Source: Anaeromyxobacteraceae bacterium (lineage in GTDB: Bacteria > Myxococcota > Myxococcia > Myxococcales > Anaeromyxobacteraceae). Taken from it: a DNA stretch of 64,000 nucleotides. Shown here one piece after another: positions 9,918 through 20,520 of the stretch; position 1 is the first letter of the stretch; each line of letters begins with the position of its first letter. Both the position numbers and the translations under genes were made by a program. The notes beneath the pieces are model-generated. The model was not told the DNA's origin. It did not search any database and saw only the letters and a list, made by a program, of their open reading frames with translations. The stretch is from positions 1,056,001 to 1,120,000 of the forward strand of contig JAULAX010000015.1 in NCBI GenBank assembly GCA_032654565.1. Direction: 5' to 3'.

Positions 9918-11225
9918 ATGCTCCTCGTCGACCTGCAGGTGGCCGCCCGCAACCTCACCCGCCACACCCGGCGCAACCTCTTCCTGGGGGCGGCGCTGGC
10001 CTCGGTGACCGGGCTGCTGGTGCTGCTCGGCGCCCTCACCGCCGGCATCGAGGGGTCGATGATGGAGTCGGCCACCACCCTGCTGACCGGCGACGTCAAC
10101 GTGGGGGGCTTCTTCAAGGTCACCAGCGGCTCGGCGGCGCCGCTGGTCTCCGGCTACCCCAAGGTGCTGGAGCTCACCCGGGCGGCGGTCCCCGAGCTCG
10201 ACTACTTCACCGTCCGCGGCCGGGGCTGGGCCAAGGCGGTCTCCGACAGCGCCTCCATGGACCTGGTGCTGGGGGGCGTGGACATCGCCCGGGAGCCGGC
10301 GGTGCGGCGGGTGCTGCAGCCCCTCGGCGGCACCCTCGACGAGCTGGCCCAGCCCAACACCATGCTGCTCTTCCAGGGGCAGGCGGAGCGGCTCAAGGTC
10401 GGGGTCGGCGACGTCATCACCCTGTCGGCCCCCACCGAGCGCGGCGTCAACAACACCGTCGACCTCCGCGTGGTGGTGGTGGTGAAGAACGTCGGCATCA
10501 TGTCGGCCTTCTCCGCCTTCATGCAGGCCGACACCCTGCGCGGGCTCTACGGCCTCTCCCCGGAGGCCACCGGCGCCATCCACCTCTTCCTCAAGGACCG
10601 CGGCCAGGCCAACCTGGTGGCGGCCCGGCTGCGCGAGGAGTTCCAGAGGCAGGGCTACCGGGTCATGGAGCCGGATCCGCAGCCCTACTACATGAAGCTC
10701 TTCCAGACCGTCCCCAGCGAGGACTGGACCGGCCAGAAGCTCGACATCACCACCTGGGAGGACGAGCTGGGCCAGTTCAAGCAGTTCATCTGGGGCATCA
10801 AGGTCTTCACCGGCCTGCTGGTCTTCATCCTCATGGTGGTGATCGTCATCGGCATCCTCAACACCCTGGCCATCGCCATCCGCGAGCGCACCCGCGAGAT
10901 CGGCACGCTGCGGGCCATCGGCATGCAGCGGCGAAAGGTGCTCTGGCTCTTCGTGCTGGAGACCCTGCTGCTCGGCCTCGGGGGGTGCGCCTTCGGGGCC
11001 CTCGGGGCCACGGCGCTGGCCGCGGGCCTGAACGCCGCCGCCATCCACGTGCCCGAGGCGGTGCAGCTCTTCCTCTCCCAGGAGCACCTCACCTTCCAGC
11101 TGCGCCTCGGCGCCGCCGCCCAGGACGTCCTCTTGCTGACCCTGGTCACGGTGGTGGCCTCGCTGGGTCCGGCCCTGCGCGCCGCCCGCCTCAAGCCCAT
11201 CACCGCCATGCACCACATCGGGTGA
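9918..11225 (+). CDS. FtsX/LolE-type ABC permease
   Basis: 'AARNLTRHTRR', 'ERTREIGTLRAIGM', 'KPITAM'; ATG 2 nt after upstream stop. Confidence 0.9.
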   Translation: MLLVDLQVAARNLTRHTRRNLFLGAALASVTGLLVLLGALTAGIEGSMMESATTLLTGDVNVGGFFKVTSGSAAPLVSGYPKVLELTRAAVPELDYFTVRGRGWAKAVSDSASMDLVLGGVDIAREPAVRRVLQPLGGTLDELAQPNTMLLFQGQAERLKVGVGDVITLSAPTERGVNNTVDLRVVVVVKNVGIMSAFSAFMQADTLRGLYGLSPEATGAIHLFLKDRGQANLVAARLREEFQRQGYRVMEPDPQPYYMKLFQTVPSEDWTGQKLDITTWEDELGQFKQFIWGIKVFTGLLVFILMVVIVIGILNTLAIAIRERTREIGTLRAIGMQRRKVLWLFVLETLLLGLGGCAFGALGATALAAGLNAAAIHVPEAVQLFLSQEHLTFQLRLGAAAQDVLLLTLVTVVASLGPALRAARLKPITAMHHIG

Positions 11226-11230
11226 ACGCC

Positions 11231-12013
11231 ATGCACCGACTGCTCGCCGTCCTGCTCCTCGCCGCCGCCGCCGCCCCGGCCGCCGCCGCCGGGGTCGATC
11301 CCGCCACGCCGGAGGGGCTGGCCGCCCTCATCAAGCTCATCGACGAGCGCCAGCGCAACCAGGGGGACTGGAAGGCCCTCTGCTACATGGAGGCCAAGGA
11401 GAAGGGGAAGACCGACGTGGTCTCCGAGCTGCTGGTCTACCGTCGCGACGCCGACGAGAAGCAGATGTTCCTCTTCACCAAGCCCAAGGCCGAGGCCGGC
11501 AAGGGCTACCTGCGGCTGGAGAAGAACCTCTGGATGTACGATCCCGCCACCGGCCGCTGGGAGCGGCGCACCGAGCGGGAGCGGATCGGCGGCAGCGACA
11601 CCCGGCGCGGCGACCTCGACGAGTCGCGCCTGGCCGAGGAGTACGACGCCACCTTCAAGGGGGCCGAGCCGCTCGGCAAGTACCAGGCCTGGCACCTCTC
11701 GCTCAAGGTGAAGCCGGGGGTGGACGTGGCCTTCCCCCAGGTGGAGCTCTGGGTCGACCAGGCCACCCAGAACATCCTGAAGCGGCAGGAGCTGGCCCTC
11801 TCCGGCAAGCTGATGCGCACTGCCTACTACCCGCGCTGGAAGAAGGTGGCCTCGCCGTCCAAGGGGGGCGAGGTCTGGTACCCGGAGGAGATGCGCTTCT
11901 TCGACGAGATCGAGAAGGGCAACTCGACGCTGGTGCTGATCAAGGAGATCGACCTGCGCCCGCTCGAGGCCAACCTGTTCACCAAGGCGTGGCTGGAGTC
12001 GAGGAGCCGGTGA
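11231..12013 (+). CDS. LolA-like outer membrane lipoprotein-sorting protein
   Basis: Signal peptide; 'FTKPKAEAGKGYL..NLWMYDP', 'GGSD', 'FTKAWLE'. Confidence 0.8.
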   Translation: MHRLLAVLLLAAAAAPAAAAGVDPATPEGLAALIKLIDERQRNQGDWKALCYMEAKEKGKTDVVSELLVYRRDADEKQMFLFTKPKAEAGKGYLRLEKNLWMYDPATGRWERRTERERIGGSDTRRGDLDESRLAEEYDATFKGAEPLGKYQAWHLSLKVKPGVDVAFPQVELWVDQATQNILKRQELALSGKLMRTAYYPRWKKVASPSKGGEVWYPEEMRFFDEIEKGNSTLVLIKEIDLRPLEANLFTKAWLESRSR

Positions 12014-13599
12014 GCGCCCCCGCCGCCATCGCCGCCGCGCTGCTGCTGCTGGTCCCGGCCGCCGCCCCGGCGCAGGAGCGGCCCGCCGAGGCCGACCTGT
12101 TCGGCGCCCCGGCCGAGCCGCCCCGCGAGCCGCCCGGCGCCCCGCCCCCCGCCCCGGCGCCACTCTCCCCCGGCCAGGCCGCCGGCGGGGACCGGCGCGG
12201 CGATGCCATCCTCGGCGAGGCGGGCGGCTCGAGGACCACCGGGCTCATCGGCGGCGAGCGGGAGGACTGGCTCAAGCTGGGCGGCCTCGCCTACCTGCGG
12301 GCCGGCACCACCTGGAGCCGCGACACCGCCCCGGCCCGATGGACCTTCACCGACCCGTCCCTCCTCGACCTCTACCTCGACGCCCGGCCCAACGACCGGG
12401 TCCGCGCCTACGCGCTGGGCCGGCTCATCTACCTGCCCTCGGGGAGCGGCGGCGGCCTGGCGGCGCTCGGGGTGCCGGGCACGGGGAGCGGCGCCACCGC
12501 GGGGGCCACCAGCCGCGGCGCGCTGGACCAGCTCTGGATCAACTTCGACGTCGGCCGCACCGTCTTCGTCACCGCCGGCAAGCAGCACGTCAAGTGGGGC
12601 ACCGGCCGCTTCTGGAACCCCACCGACTACCTCCACCCCACCCGGCGGGACCCGCTCACCCAGTTCGACGATCGCGGCGGCGTCATGATGGTCAAGGCCC
12701 ACCTGCCCTGGGAGAAGCGCGGCTGGAACCTCTACGGCGTGGCGCTGCTGGAGGACGTGGCCGGTGGGCTCCAGCCCGACGGCACCACCCGGACCGTCTC
12801 CACCCTCGGCCAGGTGGGTGGCGGCGCCCGCGCCGAGGTGGTGCTGGGCGGCCTCGAGCTGGCGGTGGACGGCGTGGCGCAGCGGGGCCACGCCCCCCGC
12901 TTCGGCGTCGACGGCTCCTTCCCGCTCGGCGACCTCGACCTGCGCTTCGAGGTGGCGCTGCGGCGCGGCCCCGACCAGCCCCGCTGGGAGAAGGTCCCCG
13001 GCGCCGCCCCCGGCGCCGAGCTGCTCTCCCGCTACCAGGTCAAGCAGTTCGACCGGATCACGCCGGCGGCGGTGGTGGGGGCGGAGTGGAGCTGGCAGTA
13101 CTCCGACCAGGACTCGCTCACGCTGGGCGGCGAGTACGCCTACGACGCCTCCGGGTACCGCTCCGCCGACATCTACCCGTTCCTGCTGGCGGCCCCGGTG
13201 GTGTCGCAGTACCTGCCTGGCCTCGCCGCCGCCGACCAGCGCAACGGCTTCACCCCCTTCTACCTGGCGCGGCAGTACCTCGGCCTCTACCTCTACCTGC
13301 CCCGGCCCGGCTCCTGGAATGACACCAGCGTCACGCTCTCGGCGCTGGGCAGCCTCACCGACGGGTCGGGGGTGGTGCGGCTCGACCACTCGGTGCTCAT
13401 CAACACCTACCTCAAGCTCGAGACCTTCGTGGCCGGCCACGTCGGAAACGAGGGCGGCGAGTTCCGCTTCGGCGGCACCATCGCGCCGCAGTACCTCGGC
13501 ACCGGACCGCTGCCCCCCTCCGTCCCGGTCTACACCCCCACCATCCGCATCGAGCCGCCGGTCCTCGACTTCGGCGTGGCGCTCCGGGTGTCGCTGTAG
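12010..13599 (+). CDS. Putative outer-membrane beta-barrel protein
   Basis: Signal peptide, 'GKQHVKWGTGRFWNPTD', amphipathic strands; GTGA overlap with upstream stop. Confidence 0.7.
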   Translation: MSAPAAIAAALLLLVPAAAPAQERPAEADLFGAPAEPPREPPGAPPPAPAPLSPGQAAGGDRRGDAILGEAGGSRTTGLIGGEREDWLKLGGLAYLRAGTTWSRDTAPARWTFTDPSLLDLYLDARPNDRVRAYALGRLIYLPSGSGGGLAALGVPGTGSGATAGATSRGALDQLWINFDVGRTVFVTAGKQHVKWGTGRFWNPTDYLHPTRRDPLTQFDDRGGVMMVKAHLPWEKRGWNLYGVALLEDVAGGLQPDGTTRTVSTLGQVGGGARAEVVLGGLELAVDGVAQRGHAPRFGVDGSFPLGDLDLRFEVALRRGPDQPRWEKVPGAAPGAELLSRYQVKQFDRITPAAVVGAEWSWQYSDQDSLTLGGEYAYDASGYRSADIYPFLLAAPVVSQYLPGLAAADQRNGFTPFYLARQYLGLYLYLPRPGSWNDTSVTLSALGSLTDGSGVVRLDHSVLINTYLKLETFVAGHVGNEGGEFRFGGTIAPQYLGTGPLPPSVPVYTPTIRIEPPVLDFGVALRVSL

Positions 13600-13600
13600 G

Positions 13601-13627
13601 CCAATCGCGCCGGCTTCAGCCGGCGCA
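13601..13627. repeat. REP-like palindromic unit (single copy)
   Basis: CCAATC-GCGCCGGCT-TC-AGCCGGCGC-A, related to the 13898 array. Confidence 0.75.
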
Positions 13628-13738
13628 GTCCGGAACCCGGCAGGCCGGGTCTCTTGCCGAACCCTCCGGGTCGGCGCAGGCTCTCACCGGCATGGAGGTG
13701 GAGATGGACGATCTGGAGCTGAAGGAGAGGGTCCGGCG

Positions 13739-13894
13739 ATGAGCGACATGATGCAGATGGCGCTCTTCGTCCTGGGCTGGTTCGTGCTCCAGAACTGGGT
13801 GTTCCCGAGGCTGGGCATACGAACTTGAGGCGTCCCCTACCGCCCCCGTGATGGGGTGGCCAGCGACGACGACAAGACCAGGCCGGGGTGCTGA
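13739..13894 (+). CDS. Small membrane protein, candidate selenoprotein (UGA at 13826-13828; 29 aa if terminated, 51 aa if recoded)
   Basis: AGGAG RBS; hydrophobic MALFVLGWFVLQNWVFPRLG; SECIS-like hairpin just after the TGA. Confidence 0.55.
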
Positions 13895-13897
13895 CGG

Positions 13898-14049
13898 CCA
13901 ACCGCGCCGGCCTTCAGCCCGCGCAACCCCAATCGCGCGGGCTTCAGGCCGCGCAACCCCAATCGCGCGGGCTTCAGGCCGCGCAACCCCAATCGCGCGG
14001 GCTTCAGGCCGCGCAACCCCAATCGCGCGGGCTTCAGCCCGCGCAACCC
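13898..14049. repeat. Tandem array of five ~30-bp REP-like palindromes
   Basis: Unit CCAATCGCGCGGGCTTCAG(G/C)CCGCGCAACC; no variable spacers. Confidence 0.9.
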
Positions 14050-14093
14050 GAAACGACCAGGACCGAGTCGCCTGTGGAACCACCTCCGACATG

Positions 14094-14127
14094 AAAAGAC
14101 CGGGTCTCCTCGCGGAGACCCGGTCTT
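14094..14127 (-). terminator. Rho-independent terminator of maeB
   Basis: 14-bp stem AAGACCGGGTCTCC/GGAGACCCGGTCTT, 4-nt loop, ending in a U run on the minus strand. Confidence 0.8.
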
Positions 14128-14163
14128 GATGTTTCCGTGTTGCGCGGCGCGAGCGCCGCGCCT

Positions 14164-16479
<2,316 letters not shown>

Positions 16480-16533
16480 CGCTCGTCCTCGTAGACGTTG
16501 GGTGGGAGGCTCGCTCGTGTTTGTAGGGCGGGG

Positions 16534-16562
16534 AGAAAAGCGCCATCGAGCAGAGGTGTCAA
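16534..16562 (-). promoter_or_regulatory. Possible sigma70 promoter for maeB
   Basis: TTGACA on the minus strand with 17-nt spacer to a weak TTTTCT. Confidence 0.35.
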
Positions 16563-16794
16563 GCGATCATGCGACGCAGGCACGTCTTTTGCAGAAGTAG
16601 ACATCGTCGGTGGGTGAAGTCGCCCGGCGCAGCGCGGAATCGCGCGCCGCAGAGCCAATCCACCGATCGGACTCGGTTGACGCAGAGCGCTAGGTGCCCG
16701 CGTCCCAGCCGGCCGCGTCGCCTCGAACGCAGGAGCGCGAAGCGGGCGATGCGGTGAATGGCCCGGCCCGGGTGCGTGGTAGCTTCCTCCTCGC

Positions 16795-18024
16795 CTGGCC
16801 ACCACACCCTTCACCTTCCACTTCGGCGACCGCCGCGAGCACCTGGTCGCGCTGCTCCGCTGGATCCCGCTCGGCGCGCTGGTGGGGGTGGTCTGCGGCG
16901 CCGGCTCGGCCCTCTTCCTCTGGCTGCTGGAGCGGGCCACCGGCTGGCGCACCGGCCACGAGCTGATCGTCTACGCCCTGCCGCTGGCCGGCCTCCTGCT
17001 CGGCTGGGTGCAGCAGCGCTACGGGCAGGCGGTGAAGGCCGGCAACAGCCTGGTCATCGACACCATCCACGACGACGGCCCGGAGCTGCCGTTCCGCATG
17101 GCGCCGCTGGTGCTGGGCGGCACGGTGGTGACGCATCTCTTCGGCGGCAGCGCCGGCCGCGAGGGGACCGCGGTGCAGATGGGGGCCAGCCTCACCGACT
17201 GGCTCTCGCACCGGCTCGGGCTCTCGCCCGTGCTGCGCCGGCAGCTGCTGGCGGCCGGCGTGGCCGGCGGCTTCGGCTCGGTCTTCGGCACGCCCATCGC
17301 CGGCGCCGTCTTCGGCCTCGAGTTCGTGGTGCTGGGGCGGCTCGAGTACGGGGCGCTGGTGCCGGCGCTGGTGGCGTCGCTGGTCGGCGACCTGGTCACC
17401 CGCGGGCTCGGCATCGTCCACACCGCCTACCCGGCGGCCCCGGTGGTGGCGCTCGACCTGCCGCTGCTGGGGAAGTGGGTGGTCTTCGCGGTGGCCATGG
17501 CGCTGGCCGCCACCGCCTTCATCGAGCTGACCCACGCGCTGAAGCGGACCGCGGAGCGGCGCATCCCCTGGGCGCCGGCGCGCCTCTTCTTCGGGGGCGT
17601 GGCGGTGGTGCTGCTCTGGAGGCTGGCCGGCACCTCCGACTACCTCGGCCTGGGCATGCCCACCATCGTCCGGGCCTTCACCGATCCGGCGCTGCCGGCC
17701 ACCGCCTTCGCCTGGAAGCTGCTCTTCACCGCCGTCACCATCGGCTTCGGCTTCCTCGGCGGCGAGGTGACGCCGCTCTTCTTCATCGGCGCCGCGCTCG
17801 GCAACCTGATGGCGCTGCTGCTCGGCCTGCCGCTGGGGCTGGGGGCCGGGGTGGGGATGGCGGCCGTCTTCGCCGCCGCCTCCAACACCCCGCTGGCCCT
17901 CTCCATCATGGCGCTGGAGCTGCTCGGCGCCGGGGCCTTCCCGCACGTGGTGGTGGTCTGCGTGGTCGCCTGGGTGGTCTCCGGCCGGCGCAGCATCTAC
18001 CCGGCGCAGCTCACCGTCCGCTGA
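16795..18024 (+). CDS. CLC-F (EriC-F) type fluoride/proton antiporter; start uncertain (CTG 16795 or GTG 16882)
   Basis: CLC-F signature-like motifs GNSLV, GREGT, GEVTP. Confidence 0.85.
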   Translation: MATTPFTFHFGDRREHLVALLRWIPLGALVGVVCGAGSALFLWLLERATGWRTGHELIVYALPLAGLLLGWVQQRYGQAVKAGNSLVIDTIHDDGPELPFRMAPLVLGGTVVTHLFGGSAGREGTAVQMGASLTDWLSHRLGLSPVLRRQLLAAGVAGGFGSVFGTPIAGAVFGLEFVVLGRLEYGALVPALVASLVGDLVTRGLGIVHTAYPAAPVVALDLPLLGKWVVFAVAMALAATAFIELTHALKRTAERRIPWAPARLFFGGVAVVLLWRLAGTSDYLGLGMPTIVRAFTDPALPATAFAWKLLFTAVTIGFGFLGGEVTPLFFIGAALGNLMALLLGLPLGLGAGVGMAAVFAAASNTPLALSIMALELLGAGAFPHVVVVCVVAWVVSGRRSIYPAQLTVR

Positions 18025-18093
18025 CCGCGCCGCCCGGGCCGGCCGGGGCGGGCGCGATTCCGCGGCGCCCGGCGGCGGGCTAGCATCGCCGCC

Positions 18094-18342
18094 ATGCCCG
18101 ACCCCACCGCGCCGTCCCCGTCCCGCCGGTCCTTCCTCCGGCTCGCCGCCGTGGCCCCGCTGGCCGCCGCCGGCTGCGTCACCCTCAAGCTCGGCCCGGC
18201 CCACGAGCCGGCCGCCGGCCCCTCCAGGCCGGACGCCGGGGGCGGCGACCCGCTGGCCGCGGTCCGCGCCGTGCCGCTGGCCTTCGCCGTCGAGCCGGCG
18301 CTGGTCTTCCGGGCCCTGGGTGGCCGCGGGAGGTGCGGGTGA
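18094..18342 (+). CDS. Small Tat-signal lipoprotein, probable amidase partner
   Basis: SRRSFL twin-arginine, LAAAGC lipobox, C-terminal 'PL...EPALVF'; stop overlaps amidase GTG. Confidence 0.65.
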   Translation: MPDPTAPSPSRRSFLRLAAVAPLAAAGCVTLKLGPAHEPAAGPSRPDAGGGDPLAAVRAVPLAFAVEPALVFRALGGRGRCG

Positions 18343-19754
18343 GCCTCCTCCCCGACGACGTGCTCTTCTCCGGGGTGGCCGCGCTCTCCGAGCAGCTGCG
18401 GACGCGGCAGCTCTCGCCGGTGGCGCTCACCGAGAGCTTCCTGGCGCGGCTGCAGCGGTACGGGCCGCGGCTCGGGGCCGTCATCACCCTGACCGCCGAG
18501 AAGGCGCTGGAGCAGGCGCGCGCCGCCGAGGCCGAGCTGGCCCGCGGGGCCTGGCGCGGGCCGCTGCACGGCATCCCCTACGGCCTCAAGGACCTCGTCG
18601 ACACCAAGGGCATCTCCACCACCTGGGGGGCGCGCCCCTTCGCCGGGAGGGTCCCCACCGAGGACGCCACCGTGGTGACCCGGCTCGACGCCGCCGGCGC
18701 CGTGCTCTGCGCCAAGCTCTCGATGATCGAGCTGGCCGGCGGGCTCGGCTACCACACCGGCCAGGCCTCGATGATCGGGCCGTGCCGCACCCCCTGGGAC
18801 CTCACCCGCTGGGCCGGCGGCTCCTCGTCCGGCTCGGCGGCGGCGGTGGCGGCGGGGCTGGTCCCCTTCGCCATCGGCTCGGAGACCTGGGGCTCGATCA
18901 CCTGCCCGGCCGCCTTCTGCGGCGTCACCGGCCTGCGCCCCACCTACGGCGTGCTCTCGCGCTTCGGGGCCATGCCGCTCTCCTTCACGCTCGACAAGCT
19001 CGGGCCGCTGACGCGCAGCGCCCAGGACGCGGCGCTGGTGCTGGCGGCGCTGGCCGGCGAGGACCCGCGCGATCCCTCCTCGATCCAGGCGCCGCCGGCC
19101 CTGGCCCGGGTGCGCGCCGAGCTCACCCCGGGGCTGCGGGTGGCGGTGCTGGGCTTCGAGGGGATCCCGGCGGCGGGGCTGGCGGCCGGCGCGGTGGCCG
19201 CCTTCGAGCGGGTCCAGGGGCTGCTGCGCGAGGGCGGGGCGCTGCTCGAGCCGGCCACGCTGCCCGACCTGCCCTGGGAGCCGCTCACCCTCGTCTTCCT
19301 CGAGGCCGAGGCGGCCAGCGTCTTCGAGGAGCTGATCCGCAGCGGCCGGACCCGCGAGCTGGCCGACGCCTCCCACCAGGCCCGGTCGCCGGACGACTAC
19401 CTGCCGCGGGCCACCTCCACCGACTACGTCCGGGCCATGCGGGTGCGGGGCGAGGCCCAGCGCGCCATGGCCCGCTTCTTCGAGCGGTACGACCTGGTGC
19501 TGGCCCCCAACGTGCCGGTGGCCGCGCCGAGGGTGGAGGAGGACTTCGACGAGCGGCTCAGCTACCCCGACCCGCTGGGCGCCGCCGGGAACCTCTGCGG
19601 CCTGCCGGCGCTGGCGCTGCCGGTGGGGTTCGGCGACGGGCTGCCGGTCTCGGCGCAGCTGGTGGGGCCGCCGCTGTCCGAGGCCAGGCTGCTCTCGGCC
19701 GCGGCCTGGCTGCAGCGCCGCACCGACTACCACCTGGCCCGTCCGCCGCTGTAA
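18339..19754 (+). CDS. Amidase signature family enzyme
   Basis: 'GPLHGIPYGLKD', 'GGSSSGS', 'GSETWGSI'; GGAGG RBS. Confidence 0.93.
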   Translation: MSLLPDDVLFSGVAALSEQLRTRQLSPVALTESFLARLQRYGPRLGAVITLTAEKALEQARAAEAELARGAWRGPLHGIPYGLKDLVDTKGISTTWGARPFAGRVPTEDATVVTRLDAAGAVLCAKLSMIELAGGLGYHTGQASMIGPCRTPWDLTRWAGGSSSGSAAAVAAGLVPFAIGSETWGSITCPAAFCGVTGLRPTYGVLSRFGAMPLSFTLDKLGPLTRSAQDAALVLAALAGEDPRDPSSIQAPPALARVRAELTPGLRVAVLGFEGIPAAGLAAGAVAAFERVQGLLREGGALLEPATLPDLPWEPLTLVFLEAEAASVFEELIRSGRTRELADASHQARSPDDYLPRATSTDYVRAMRVRGEAQRAMARFFERYDLVLAPNVPVAAPRVEEDFDERLSYPDPLGAAGNLCGLPALALPVGFGDGLPVSAQLVGPPLSEARLLSAAAWLQRRTDYHLARPPL

Positions 19755-19764
19755 GTTGGGGCGC

Positions 19765-20520
19765 GTGAACAAGCTCATCGAGTACCTCGGCTGGGTCGCC
19801 GCGGCCGTCATCATCCTCCTCGGCCTCCCCATCCAGCTGGTGCTCTGGCTGGTGACGCGCCCCTTCGATCGCAACGTGGTGGTCCCGGGGCGGTTCCTCC
19901 GCTTCATCGGCGTCCTGCTCGGCAACTGCTACCGGCCCTGGAAGTTCCGGGTGGTGGGGGCGTGGCCGGAGGGCGGCCCGTACGTGGTGGTGGCCAACCA
20001 CCAGTCGCTGCTCGACATCGTGCTGCTCTCGCGGATGCCGCGGGAGATGAAGTGGGTGGGCAAGGAGTCGCTCTTCAAGATCCCCTGGATCGGCCTGATG
20101 CTGCGGCTCACCGGCGACATCGCGGTGCGGCGCGGCGACCCGGAGAGCGGCGGCGAGGCGGTGGCCAAGGCCAAGGCCTACCTGGGGCGGGACATGAGCG
20201 TGATGATCTTCCCCGAGGGGACCCGCTCGCGCGACGCCCGGCTGCTCCCCTTCAAGAAGGGGGCCTTCCGCCTGGCCATCGACGCCGGGGTGGCGGTGCT
20301 GCCGGTGGTGCTCTCGGGCACGGCGGCCGGCTTCCAGAAGGGGGCGGCGGTGGTGGGCCCCTGCGACGCGGTGGCCACCATCCTCCCGCCGGTCCCGACC
20401 GCCGGGCTGACCCAGGCCGACGCCGGGGCGCTGCGCGACCGGGTGCGGGCCGCCTTCGTGGCCACGCTGCCGCCCGGGGAGGTCGGTCCGGCGCCGGTGG
20501 AGCCTGGAGAGGGCGCGTGA
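19765..20520 (+). CDS. 1-acyl-sn-glycerol-3-phosphate acyltransferase (PlsC family)
   Basis: NHQSLLD, FPEGTRS, FKKGAF. Confidence 0.92.
   Translation: MNKLIEYLGWVAAAVIILLGLPIQLVLWLVTRPFDRNVVVPGRFLRFIGVLLGNCYRPWKFRVVGAWPEGGPYVVVANHQSLLDIVLLSRMPREMKWVGKESLFKIPWIGLMLRLTGDIAVRRGDPESGGEAVAKAKAYLGRDMSVMIFPEGTRSRDARLLPFKKGAFRLAIDAGVAVLPVVLSGTAAGFQKGAAVVGPCDAVATILPPVPTAGLTQADAGALRDRVRAAFVATLPPGEVGPAPVEPGEGA

Noticed and set aside
13898..14049. CRISPR array
   Set aside because: Units are directly adjacent with no unique spacers, and no cas genes are present
13837..14129. ORFs translated from the repeat array (for example LRGLKPARLG repeats)
   Set aside because: By-product of a 30-bp unit; no RBS or coding signal
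16590..16790. Fluoride riboswitch upstream of CLC-F
   Set aside because: GGCGATG occurs near 16745 but the matching stem and downstream conserved segment could not be found
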